NCBI RefSeq assembly: GCF_009914755.1
Contig: NC_060934.1
Strand: one strand, 5' to 3'
Length of the DNA: 64,000 nt
Source: the human T2T-CHM13v2.0 reference genome, Homo sapiens
In this document: positions 26,776 through 40,859 of the stretch, one piece after another
How the letters are laid out: the number at the start of each line of letters is the position of its first letter
Position numbering within the stretch: the stretch's first letter is position 1
Notes under the pieces: generated by a model
Told to the model about the DNA's origin: nothing
Database searches by the model: none
Seen by the model: only the letters and a program-made list of their open reading frames with translations
Made by a program: the position numbers and the translations under genes

Positions 26776-28184
26776 ATACAATAACTGTCTCTCAATTTAA
26801 AGCTTTTCTTGGGGACCCAAACTTTGTACAAGGAAGTCTATCTGACAATTCCTTGAAATCTGACTGTCATCTAGAACTCCCTTGAAATGTGTGACAAGGT
26901 TGGTTTGGTCAAAGATGGTTTCCGGCTGCCTGCGCTGAGCCCTTCGGTTTCCCACTTCCCTGAAGATTTGGCACAAGACAGTCCACGGTGCAGCGCCATT
27001 TTTCCCCCAAAGAAAAAGTGTCCGATGTCAATTATGGCAATGGCAATGGCAGGCAATCAGGAATACTTCTCAAACATTCTAAGAGAAGAAAGAGAGAAGC
27101 AGGGGGGTGGGAGAAGGGAACAGATGAACGGGCACTGGGAAAACCACCCAAGCCAAGGAAGTTACATAGTGGTCTTCCAACTTCTGTGCTCACGTGTTCC
27201 TGAATCATTTTGAAAAGCTACATATCCCTTTGTTAGCCTGACACTTCAGATTTTTCACGATAAGTTTAAATACGTATTTTGCTCATGAAAAGAAAATAAT
27301 AAGTATTTTATAAGACGAGGATTGACTATACGTGGAATAAATGTTTCATGATATGGTTTGGTAAAATAGGTTTAACTACCTTTTGGAATAGCATGCTGAA
27401 ACCGAAAGAAAACAAGAAAAATGTTCATCCTGGGTTTTATCCATATAGTTTGAAAAATTTAGAGGTCCAGGGAGCATTCTAGTTATACTTAAGAGAATCA
27501 CTATCATTAACTACCCTACTTCAGTTGTTCTGAAATCAAAATATTCCTCCCTGCCCCAAGCATTTCCCTTAATAGAAATTCCTATAGATGAGAAGAGACA
27601 GAAGAGCTGCAGGTCTAAGACACTCTGACTCCTCATCGAAGAAGGCTGCTCTATAACCAACCATTTCTCATTTTTCCTTTGACACTCGGGGGTTTTGTAC
27701 ACAGTGGGATTCCAGATGGGTGACAGGTAAGCCTCTCTCCCATGAAGTGCAGGAAGGGCCACGTGCCCAGCATCCTCCTGCTGTCTTAGTATAGAATCCC
27801 AGATGCATGCTTCAGAACCTGGAAGTTCACTCCCTTGAACCATCTGTAGAGAGCACCCCTGGGAAGTCCAATGCCCCTGCACACCACAGTTTGAAGGCGG
27901 AGCATGGCAGAGGGGCCAAGCAGGGCAGAGCAGCGGGGGCCGCTCTGCAGCAGCCCCTTCCCAAAGTCACAGGGCTGCTGGGAAACTCCTCCCACACTGT
28001 CCCCTGGGCCTGCTCAGCTGGCTTCGTCTCCATCTCCTCATGTCCAGTGCTCAGGCGTCCTCCTGACACCAAAGGGTGGGAGCCCCAGGCTGATTCCCTT
28101 GCAGGGAAATCCTTTACGAAGGCACTTTCTGCCTGCAGTCTTCGTATTGTTCACCTGGGGAGGCAGGCTCATTAAAAGCATGTA

Positions 28185-29300
28185 CTTTTAAGCCAGAAAG
28201 ACCTGGGTTCCAATCCCAGTGCCATCACTGAAGAGCTGTGTGACCTCGGGTAACTCACTTGGTCTCTCTGAGCCATGGTTTCCTCATCTGGAAATAGAGG
28301 TGCCTACCTGGTAGAAGTGTGTGAGAATTAAACAACATGAGGTCTGTTAAGCAGCCAGTGCCAGGCCTGGCCTGTGGCAAGCATGCAGTGAAGAGTGGTA
28401 CCTCTCCAACCTCCACTTTGCTCCTCCTGGTTCCTGTCTCTCTCCCTCCCCCACCTGTCCTCATCCAGAAGACCCCACCCTGCAAAACTCAACTCAGCTT
28501 CCATCACCAGTATTTGCCCTCCCACCCCGACACACTCTTTCCTTTCTCTGTATTCCTTTAGGACAAATGGTCTCAACCAGACAATATTAACCAGACAGCG
28601 GGGGCTAAATCATGCTGCTATACTCATCTAACACTTACTGAGGCAGCACACGCCAGGCATTGGCAGGGGTAGGGGTGGGGGTTGAAGTAGGTGGAGTTGG
28701 GGGAGGGAGAGGAGATCATGTTCTCTGTAATGCTTTACAGTTAACACTGGATTGTACACAGGCATCGCTTCTTTTAGTTTTTGCATCAACGCATATTGGT
28801 CTCGTTCCACTTTTACCGATTAAGAACCTGAGACTCAGAAAAGAGAATGACTCGCCTGGGGTCACAGGGCCAGCAAGCAGCAGAGCCAGAACCCCCAAGC
28901 CAGGGTTCTTCCCAGTCCCGCAGCGGCTTCCTAAGCTCTTAGCATCTACTCAACTTCCCAGATTGTGCCAGAGTCTAAACGCCATGACAACAGGCTCCCA
29001 TGTACATTTCACTTGTGAAATCCCATTTTATACTCGCCAAGGAAAGTCATCACACGGTGCAGTATGGGCCCAGTGGCTGACGGTGAAGGAACCGAATCAG
29101 ATAGCCCCCAGCTCACGTCCTGCCTGGGAAGCCTTGGACAAATAACTTTACCTCTCTAAGCCTCAGTTTCTTCATCTTCCAAGTGTGAATAAAGAGTCAT
29201 AATATCTTCCACATGGGGTTGTTGCGAGCATCAGCTGAGATAATGCGGATCCATGCTCAGCACAGAACTGGCACCAGGCCCCACTCAGCAAATATGAGAT
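28185..29300. mobile_element. Cluster of MIR fragments
   Basis: MIR cores at ~28190-28390, ~28800-28920, ~29050-29300. Confidence 0.7.
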
Positions 29301-30370
29301 GGAGGAGCTGCACCCTGCAGGCACTGAGGTCACCGGCCATGGCCCACATCAGTGTGATGTGTAGTGAGCTAAGAGACGTTTTTACAGGTTTGATCCCTTT
29401 GGGAGGCACTGACTTAGCGCTTGCGTGCCCAGCCCAGGGCAGCCCTTACCGACAACAGCTGCAAGAGGGCATGGCCTTGCCCTTCCGCAGCACCTGCGGG
29501 AAGCCCCCATGGTGTGGGACTGGATCCTAGCCCACCTCAAGGCCCAGAGAGCCCCTTCCCACGCCAGCCCGGGCTCCCACACTGCGGTCCTGCAGACTCT
29601 TCCCTTGTGTTCTACAGATCTTGCCCCAGGATCCCATGGACAGTTCCTGTGGATCAAAGACAGTCCAAGAAGGCCACGTGCCCTTCACTCAGAGGGGACA
29701 CAGCCCATAGCATGAGTCAGCGCTGCCCCTTAGGCTCACAGATACAGCCTTCAAGCAAGAGTGGCTGCACCCCAGAACACAGGTCCAGAATGTCAGCTGG
29801 AGTCTCCAAGCCACCACCGCCTTCCATAGACAGCAGCATGTTCTGCAGGGGGTCTGAGTGATTCATTCAAGGTCACATAGTGAGTCATTTGGCAGAGTGA
29901 AGACTCAAGTCCAGGACCACTCATAACAATGGTGTCTGAACCAGCAGGGCCCACATGTATCTGGGAGCCAAGGATGGAAACCCCTGCGTGGAAGGAAGAA
30001 GAAACTGCCCTTGATACTCTAAATAAACCAAAGGCTGCTGTGGGAACCTAGACTCCTGACACAATGCGTTCTTCATAGCAGAGGTCCTTCCATTACATGA
30101 AATGTGTGTCTTCAGAGAGAAGAGCAGGGCACTAAGGGGTAAGTTCAAAACCAACATAGCCCAGGAACAGCAAAGAGCGCTGTGACTAATTGTGATGTGT
30201 GCCATGGGCATGAGTGCATAGGGCAACCCTCATGGCACACATTTGCCATCCTTGCCTTCCTCATTAAGAAGGAAATCAGGGTAATGCTGCTGCAGGAGAG
30301 AAACCAGGAGTTTGGTATCAAAGCAGCTGCTCTCCTAGATAACCTAAAAGAATAAACTGAAGTGATCCCA

Positions 30371-30690
30371 AGCCAGGTGCAGTGGCTCACCTGTAATCCC
30401 AGCACTTTGGGAGGCCAAGGTGGGAACATCACCTGAGCACGGGAGTTTGAGACCAGCCTGGGCAACAACGTGAGACCCCTGTCTCTACCAAAAAATCAAA
30501 ACATTAGCTGGGCATGGTGGCACACACCAGTGGCCCCAGGTACATGGGAGGCTGAGGCAGGAGGATCACTTGAATCCGGGAGGTTGAGGCTGCAGTGAGC
30601 CATGATGGTGTCAGTCCACTCCAGCCTGGGCAACAGAGCAAAACCTTGTCGAAAGAAAGAAGAAAGAGAGAGAGAGAGAAAGAAAGAAAG
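30371..30690 (+). mobile_element. Alu (AluJ-like) with (GA)-rich tail
   Basis: Alu consensus. Confidence 0.92.
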
Positions 30691-30694
30691 CGAT

Positions 30695-30830
30695 CCCATC
30701 AACATGGTACCCGCTAACCACATGTGGTTATTGGGCACTGAAATGTGATTATATGATTGAGGAACTGAATTTTACATTTTATTTCCTTTTAATTAATTTA
30801 AGTTTAAATTGCCACATGTGGCTAGCTATA
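30695..30830. mobile_element. MER3/MER33-like hAT-Charlie fragment
   Basis: ccacatgtgg...gaggaactgaatttt...gccacatgtggctag. Confidence 0.75.
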
Positions 30831-30883
30831 TATAAGCATAACATAAATAATACAAATTGTAAATGATACAATACAAACAACTA

Positions 30884-31250
<367 letters not shown>

Positions 31251-31887
31251 TAAAATAATATAGCTAGGAACAACCTTGATGACAAAAATGTGTTACTAAG
31301 TCAGGAAATGTAAAATTCTACTAAAAGCTATAAAAAGTGACTGACGAGACATGTTTCTGGTAAGAAAGACTATAGTAAAGAACCGTTAACTCTTTCCAAA
31401 TGAATGTGTGCGTTTAATACACTTCAATCAAAATCCCAATTTTTTTTATTACTGGCAAGATGATATTAATGTTAATCTGCACAATCAGGTGAGAACAGCG
31501 GAGAAAAAGAGTACCAAAGGAGGACTGGCTTCATTAGACAGCCTGCAATGTAGAATCGTTTGAAAGCAGCCCTTAGGTTTTATCTAAGAAAACTTACATA
31601 GGATAAAACAGGTCTTGCACATTTGTGAAAAGTAGGGAACTAAGCAATGAATGACGTTGAAGCAAATGGGTTAGCTATTTGAGGAAAAGTCAGTTGGCTT
31701 TGAACCTTATACTATACACCAAAATTAATTTCAAATAAATAAAAAATTAAATCAACAAGTGGACTGAACTATACTTAGAAGCAAATGAGTTATGTCTATG
31801 GATTCGACACACAAAGCTATTGAATTCTTACTGAAAGGCAAAGAGAAGACTTTCAAAGTATTCCCATCACCTCTTCCACTACCAATC

Positions 31888-32053
31888 CCAGCTATTCAAG
31901 GTGTAATCCATAGACCAGCAGCATCAACATTATCTTGGAGCTCAACAGAAATACAGAATTTCAGAGCCCACCTCAGACCTGCTCAGTCAAAATCTGCATG
32001 TTAACAACATCCCTCAAGGAAATCGGGTGCACCCTGGAGTTTGAGAAGCACTG
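31888..32053. mobile_element. MER5-like hAT-Charlie
   Basis: accagcagcatca...cagacct...aaaatctgcatgttaacaa...agtttgagaagcactg. Confidence 0.8.
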
Positions 32054-32222
32054 ACCGAAGGCACCAGGGACTCTGTTTCCAACTATGACCCTGGGGTCAT
32101 GGGCTCCCCTCCACCTCTCTGTGTTCGACATGGCTGTAGTGAAGAGGGTAGGCAGGGCAATTCCTCACAGAGATGTAGAGCTTGAACATATGGGCCGCAG
32201 GAAGCATTTAAAATGCACATCT

Positions 32223-32544
<322 letters not shown>

Positions 32545-32830
32545 GCACATCCACGAAAATGCCCTCAGCTCCAGTCTTGGCTGACCCCACTAGACCTTCA
32601 ACCTGCAACTGAGGGACTCATCACCAGGTGGTAGTGTTTCCTTATGAAGCTCTGGCTAGTAAATGTTTCAGGAATAGATTATGAAGTGCAATAGGAAAAA
32701 TGTTTTTTGGAAATCAAAAATTGAAATCTTTATAAATTAGTCAAATACAGTTTTAAAGCTGTTATGTAATAAATTTGGAAATGTAAAAGGTCTAGCTTTA
32801 AAGACACGCTTTCTAATGATATCTAATCCG

Positions 32831-33013
32831 TCAGTGGTGTGCTGCTATTTAACAATTGGCTGGGGTAGGGGAGAGCCTTGGTTTGTGGTGTTTGCTGATT
32901 TCCCTGTGTAAATGCTCCCACTGTGGCTGATTTCAGGTCACTGAACATGGAGTTGGGAAAAGATGTGCACAGTTGGGCGTCGCAAGGAGGTAACAGCCAG
33001 CTCCGGGCCACTG
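32831..33013. mobile_element. MER63-like hAT-Blackjack
   Basis: cagtggtgtgctg...ccactg termini; tttgctgatttcc...gtaaatgctcccac. Confidence 0.75.
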
Positions 33014-33464
33014 CAGTAATGACAGTAAGTACCTGTAAAGTACCTCACAGTTTCTGAAGTTCTGTTATGTTCCCCATCTGATGCCATGTGTGTGCCTGAT
33101 TTTGGGGGCTGCAAAAGATAACCATGATCTGAGCCTTGCAGGGCAAGGCTCATCTCTGCAGCTCCCACCCAGGATTTGCACAGCACAGATCTTGCCCTGG
33201 CTATCTTTTCTCCATTGACAGCAGAAGCAAGCAGCACTCACTGTGTCCCTGGGACCAGGCCGAATGCCCTCTACATATTACCACAATCCGTCCTCTCACC
33301 AGTTTCAAGAGGAGGCCATTTTGTCCCCTTTCTATAGAAGGGAGAGGAAAAAAAAAAAAAAGGCCATGAGGGAGGTAGGAATTGGCCAAGGTCATGCAGG
33401 CAGGAAGAAGCTGCACAGGTTTTCTGAGTCAATACAAGTCTCTCTAATTCCAAAATCAGATCCC

Positions 33465-33764
<300 letters not shown>

Positions 33765-35904
33765 TCAGATCTCTTATCCAATTCTCCCCAAAGTTCCACA
33801 TTCTAAAAGTTACTAAGAAATGCTGTTAAACCACCTTCTTTACCGCAGGACTTCCCAGACCCTTTACAATTCTAACAAATATCATGGCTCTCCAAGAGAA
33901 AGACTGGGAATGCGGCATTTCCCAACATAGTTGCTTCTGAGATCTCCTTTCACTGGGTCTCCTGACCTAAGGAACACATTTTGGAGACTGTTGCACTGCT
34001 CCACAGTCCTCCAGGAATGACAAACTTCTAGGACTTGAAGGGGCCATACAGGTCACTGGGTCCAACACTCTATCCAGAGACAGGGAGCTCACGCCCTTCC
34101 ATCACGTCCCCATTGATCTTTGAACACCAATCTCTATTTCTTCCAAATCTGGTGTTTTAGATCTCCTCTCAGGACCAGTGCACTGAAGAGAAAGGGACTG
34201 ATGGTTCTGCAGCACCCACACCGTGCAGGCTCCTCTCGCTCCTCTAGCCCTCAGGACAGCAAACCCGTGCAATGTGCATCATCATACCCAGTGTCAGGTG
34301 AGGACTGTAGGCACAGAGAGATTTAGGCAACTTCCTCCAGGCCCCCTCTCAATTCTAACTCTTAACTGCCATGCGTCTTTGGCTCCCTTTGTAAGATGGA
34401 AGCATGGAGAGGAGGAATGACTAACTTACAGCCTTGGAAATGTAGAATCAGGAAAGCCTCACAAAGGGGATGAGTGGGAGGATGATGAGTGAGCTGCAGT
34501 TTGGCAGGTGGATAACAAGAGGAAAGGGCATGCTGGCTAAAGGGACAGCATGTGCAAAGGCCCTGGGGTGAGAAAGAGCAAGGCACTGTCAGGGCAGGAG
34601 CAGGAGGGGTGCAGTGAGGGCAAGCCAGCTGGAGTGGGGGGCCCAGCCATGCGGACTGCTGTAGACAGTGAGGGTAAGGCAGGACAGGAGGCCAGGGGAT
34701 CTGAGAGGCTCAGCATGGGCAAAAAGGGAGGCTGAGAATTGGGGAACGGGATCCTGAGGCTGTTAGAGCACCCAGGGTGGAGAGGGTAATCAGGAGTCCC
34801 TCATTCTGGTATAGCACTTTACAGTATGCTACCCCTTCCATGCACACATCCTCCTCTCCTGCAAACACCCCCCACACCCAAAACACCAGCATCCAGCGCA
34901 GGGCCTGGCACTGACCTTCAGAACATTCTCATCCCCGAATCCGTGAGTGAACAAATACCTCCTTGCAGAAGGCCTAGAAGAAGGCAGGAAGGCCACCAGC
35001 CCAATCTTATGGGGGAAAGTGAGACTTCAGAAAGTTAACGACTAGCCCAAGTTGACAATCCGTAAGAAGGGGACAGGGCTTGAACTCAGACCTTTTGGCT
35101 CCAAGACTCAGAGCTCGGTTCACTGCCCTGCACAGGATGCTGGTCCCAGCATTGGGATTCAAGGTGAGGACTGACCTCAGGGTCAGCAGGAAGTGCTCTG
35201 CCAACAGAGGAGCCACCAGCCTGGCCAGCCGGGGACAGCCCGGGCGGCTGCTTTCAAGGGACAGAGTGCAGGAGGGGTTGGGCCTGGAGGAGTCCTCACA
35301 CCCCTCCGCACTGAAGATTCCAAGAGTCTGGTGGGGGGATTTTAGGGGTGGTGAACGGCCCCTGAGTTGGGGTCTGCAGAGCTGGGGAGACTTCGAGCCA
35401 GGCAGCAGCCAGCCAGTCAGAGGGAGACCCCTCCACTCCGCTGCCACCTCCTATCACCAACTGCACTATCCCCAAGACTCTGTTCCCTGGCTCTCAGAGA
35501 ATGGCAGGCCCAGGGCAGCCCCCTGACCTTCCTGGTCCATCCTGGCCATATGCCCTGCCCTGCCCCAGGGCTTGCTCCAAACCAACAAACACCCGGGTTT
35601 TATCCGAGGAGAGTGGCCTGCAGGCCCACCTTACCTCATCTCACCTTCATCAACCAGGACACTTCCTGATTTTCGTTTCTACACTTAGACCTCAGGGCTA
35701 CACTAAGGCATGGTTTATTGTCCAGTCAGCTTCCTACCCATGGACCTAATCACAAATATTCTGCAGTGGCTCTGTATCTTGGGACATGAAGCATGGTCTA
35801 CACGGGGGAAGAGACGAGGTCTGCATCTCCACAGTCTGTACTGGAAGCTGTGTGCTTCCCCTTTGAAGCGTTTTCTTCTCTCACACAATGAGACAGCTGA
35901 ACCA

Positions 35905-36108
35905 GCTCAGTGTTTCTGGAGGCATGGCCCACAAACCACTTACATCAGAAGTGTCAAAGGAGAGTGTTGACATGCGGATCCCCAGGCCCCAACCCAGATC
36001 TATGAAATCAGAATCTCTGAAGTCAGCACCCAGGAATACGCACTTTAATTCATGCCCTGCCCCACCCACTCAGGTGACTCACATGGACACTGCAGTTTGG
36101 AAACCAAT
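35905..36108. mobile_element. MER5-like hAT-Charlie
   Basis: atgcggatccccaggcccc...aatcagaatctctg...cccaggaat...caggtgactc...gtttggaaacca. Confidence 0.75.
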
Positions 36109-38093
36109 GGAGTCCATGGTCACTGACCTTACGTTTGATTTCACTACATTTTCTTTTAGAGAAACATAGGGTATTTGCTTGGGGCCTGCTGTTTGTCCAC
36201 TCCAATAACAAGCCACTCCAATAACTTCCTCACTCAGGAAGTGAGGAAGACTTCATAGATGTTCCATAAGATAGTCACCTAGAGATAAGCCCAGGTTATT
36301 GGAGGAACTAAATATGTAGAATTCAAACCATTGGAATTCCTCTCAGGAAACAGGCTGAGGTGGGGTGGAGGGGCCAGAGGCGGGGAGCGTTACAGGGAAA
36401 TCCTACCCACAGATGCATTTAGTTCATTGCAAGTTTCCAGCGGAGGGATTTAACAGGTTTAAAGCAGTTTTCTGTGAATCTTTGTCAAGGGAGTGTATGT
36501 ACAAACAAACAGGGAGGGTTTTTTTAGTAAAAAGTTAATCGGCTTAAAGTGTGCAACTAAATAAGCAAAGCTTACATTAAAGTGACCCACAGAGAAAGGA
36601 CCCCTAGAAAGAAAGTTCTAGGAAATACAATATGGCCTCTATGTTCTTTTGTAGTTCCGCGCTATAAATATTCATGGGACGGTGTTAATGGGGTCTACAG
36701 CTCTATGCAACCACAATAGTTTTTTTGTTTATTCTCAGGACCATGAACTTTGAAACCATGACCCTAAATTTCAGGACTCTGCATTCAGGCGCGTTTGCAG
36801 AACAGGAGGGGAGAGGTTCGGGCTCTTGGAGGAGAGGAAACAGGCGAGATGTGAATCACGCCTCCTGGATCTTTTGGTTGAGATTAAAGGGTAGGGTCTG
36901 TTTAGTATGAGAAGCCTCCTGTCTCCAGGGTCCCCAGCTGCTCCTGCCTGGGGAGATGGCCTTCTCCAGGAATAGATGGCTCAGTTGCTCAAGCATACGG
37001 CAGAGAGGAGTGGAGAGATGTAAATGTTTTAATGGGATCAAACAGATTTGGTGCAAGTTTTACATTGAAGACTTGGAAAACTTTAAAACTGAAGAATTTC
37101 TAAGACAGAGAATTTGAAAGTCATCTAAGCAATGTCCTTGTTTTCCATATGAGGAAACTGGGGTCCAAGAAGGTCAAATGACTTGCTTAAAATATTGCAT
37201 CTAGAAGCCATGTCTGGGACTCCCAACCATGGGCTTTTCCTACACCAGAAAAGGCAAATAAGAGACAAGCATGTGCCTCCCCTTACCCACTCTTGCTCAG
37301 GATAGATATTCCTAATCGATCACAGCTCTCCTGTCCATTGAGCCTGGACACAGTCTCTGAATCCATCTCAACACAGTGTTACAGAGGGTCAACAGAAATG
37401 GACAGAAATGGTGCATGAGTTGAGACCTATTTGCCACCTATGCCCTACAGCATGCTGGTAACATTCATAATCCATTACCCATTTGTTCCAGCTAAGGGTT
37501 TTCCATTTTCTAACTCTCCATGTTAAAGGTCAGTCAGGACCTAGGAGAGCGCCCTACACAGCTAGGTCCTCCACAGCCGCTCTGAAAGCTGACTGCTTCT
37601 CAAGAGAACACACAGCCCTGCCCTCTGCCTTGGCTGGCATCATCCTACTTGACAGATGAGCCAAGGGGCTCTGGCTGGTACCTGGGCTGGCGACCACCTT
37701 GCTTAAAGCAGATACAGTCTCCTGCCTCGCCTCCTCATCTATATCATAATATGGTTGCATCAATACATTACAGAAATGTCACAGCTTGGCTTTCCCAGCA
37801 GGGCTCAGTTGAATCAACAAACACACCTGCTCAGCTAATTTCCAAAAAAGAAAAATTAGCCACAAGATTGGTTTGGGCAGGCCGGCCATATCTGCAAGGC
37901 TGTTTAAGTTTTACAGCTCCAAATAGGTTTCATCTCACATGCCACCCCACTCAATGGGTGGTGCTTCTTTGAGCACTGTAAGGTGACTTCTTGGACCCAT
38001 AGGAAAGAGAGCCACGATCAATTAGTAATATCTGCCATTAGCAGGAGGTGTGGAGTGGGGAGGGGGTTGCCTGTGCCACACATTTGCCATTCA

Positions 38094-38447
<354 letters not shown>

Positions 38448-38519
38448 ACAGATACTAAAAATATTTCAGTCCAGGTAATAGCTGGGGCAAGGCCTGAACT
38501 ACGACTAACGTTATACTTT

Positions 38520-38935
38520 GTACACTTATTCTTCACCCTCTCCACTCTGCTCTGTGTCCAGGAAGCGTGCTTCTGTGGACGGCATCCTCCAGTTTCCCCT
38601 CGGGTTTCCTCCAGCTTCTGGTTGCTTTCAACCAGGAAGAGATCTTGGCAGACCCTAGGGAAGAGGAGAGAGGCTGTGCATTTCTTCCCTGCTAGATGCT
38701 ACAGGTCTAGCCATAGACACATCCCTCCGCAACTTCCCCTCCTACCCAGTTCCAGCTCCAGTAGCACTGCTCCCTCCCCTGCCCCTCACCACAGGGATAA
38801 TGGGCTCATCTCTGTGTGTCTCACCTCTCCTGTTTGTTCCCTTAACCCTGCATCTCTAATTGGCCCCTTCGTGAAGGTCTCTTCATCTGAAACATCTGGG
38901 ATAAATTTTGTTTCCTGCTGGGACTCTGACTTATA
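38520..38935 (+). mobile_element. LTR33-like ERVL LTR
   Basis: ctccactctgctctgtg...gtttcctgctgggactctgact. Confidence 0.7.
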
Positions 38936-39634
38936 GAGCTTTGCTAAGAAAATCTTTCCATTATTTCCATAGCCAAATAGGAAGATGGGATTCTGGCTGG
39001 TAATAGGGATGACTACTTTGGCCTATGCCAACACCTTTCACTGCTTAATTGGGCAGAATATGACTTACTGCTATCTCATGCCTGCTGCGTTCCCACAGCA
39101 TGAGCTCACACGGGCTCCATTAGGTAATGGAGAGAGGATGCAGTTTAGGTCCTAATAACCCAAAGCTTCTTGGGCTCTAATTTTACATCTTATGTGCTTG
39201 ATTTGAGGACCAGGCACATCTCATAAGCCCTAATAGCTTCACTGTGAAATGATCTTTTGCAGAGCCATAAGTTGCAATTTAATTATGCAGGACTCATTCT
39301 GAAGACAATGGCCATGGGAGACCCTAAGTCGCAGAGGATGGAAAGACACGCTAGGCGGAGAGGGAAGGAGGACTGGGATCCACCTACGGCCATGCCAAGA
39401 GCTATTCAGATGGCCTTGGACAAGTTACTGCCCCTCCCAGGCCTTCAGGGTTCTCACGGGAAACATTAAAAGCTTAGAATAAATAATCCTTAAGATTCCT
39501 TCCAGCTTTAACATTCTAGAAGATTTGACTCAAAGATCTTGCTTGGTGTAGCTGGATAACTTTCAGTCATGGTAGTGGGCCTGTTGCCATTTTGACTACA
39601 TTTTCCTCATAAAGGTCCAGCCAGTTTAGCTTAT

Positions 39635-40707
39635 TGTGGCAGAGATTGCTCATTGTCCACCAATACTTCTCTCCCTTCTTCCATTTTAAGAGAACCCCTG
39701 ATTTTTAGCTCCAGGTCCTCCAAAATAAAGCTTTTCCAGACTCCCAAATAGCTGTCTGTGGCCAAGTGACTAAGTTCTGTCCAATGAGATGAAGCACAAG
39801 TGACAAATGGCAGCTCCCAAGAAGCTGGTTCTCACACATTCTTTGTCTCTTTTACTTTTCCACCCCTTCCATATCCAAACCATGCCCGTGATGATTTGAG
39901 CTCTGCATACCGTCTTGACCATGAGGACAAGGACCTCAACTGAGGGAGAGTGGAGTGGCAGACTGGAAGGAGCTTGGATCTTAGATCTTGAAGGACTTTC
40001 TGAAGCAGAACTGCCATATCAGCCCAGAATGGAGACCTCCAGATTTTGATGTGAGAAAAAAATAGACTTCTAGCTTGTTTAAGCCAATGTCCGAGATACC
40101 AATATATTGCCTCTTGGCTCCAAATCTATCCTTCTTTGTCTTGCTTTGTGACACTGGAACTGGACCCTGTAAACATTGCTCCTTCACCACTTGACACCAT
40201 GTTAGGCTTTATCAGTAAAAGACATTGGAAGGATACCGCAAATAGAAGAGGGGATTGCTCTTCCTGGTTCCAGTGGTCTCACCTTGCACCCATGGGAAGG
40301 GCTGCCAGCAGTGTTCAGGAAAACCACTGGCACCAACCCTCCAGAGTTTTGCCAATTTCCACTGGGTAATTCCCTGCTGGTCAGTATCTCAGTGAACTCC
40401 CCAGTTCCAGTGGGCCATAGCCACTCTCTCTTAAGAAGTCAGAATTTCAGCCCGGGATGGGTGGAGGTGGGGGTGGCTTCCTCCTTCCCTAGTAGTTGCT
40501 CCTTGCATCTGCTATTTTTGTTTTCTTTAGTGTTCCCTTTACCTCTTTTGGTAGTCAACCCCCTTTTCCTAGTTGATAATTATATTACATTTTCTAATTA
40601 CTGTTCAAATTACTGGTGTGGTTTCAGTCTCCTAACTGGACCCTGATGGACACAGCAAATTAACTTGGGTCTGTTACTAGCAGTTTAACTTAATCTGAAC
40701 TGATACA
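39635..40707 (+). mobile_element. MLT1J-like LTR with nested LTR41-like ERVL LTR (40088-40654)
   Basis: tgtggcagag...gtgactaagttctg...ctgataca; nested tgtccgagataccaat...ggacaca with near-TSD gccaa/gcaaa. Confidence 0.75.
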
Positions 40708-40859
40708 ACCATACAAACATCTCTATGGGAAAGTCAATGATATGGTGCAGAATGAGCCCTCTGCTTTTTAAAAATCCTCTCTCCAAAAATTTGTTTGTGG
40801 CAAATATGACAGAAAAATAATGAAAGTCCTTAATTTAGTAGGAAAAGGGTTCCCACTAA

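Noticed and set aside
26977-26998. REST/RE1-like motif
   Set aside because: Mismatches at key positions in both half-sites.
32619-32636. CTCF-like tcaccaggtggtagtg
   Set aside because: Two core mismatches; unsupported without ChIP data.
39383-39397. ctacggccatgcca resembling the 5S rRNA 5' end
   Set aside because: Match does not extend; lies in a MIR-like fragment.
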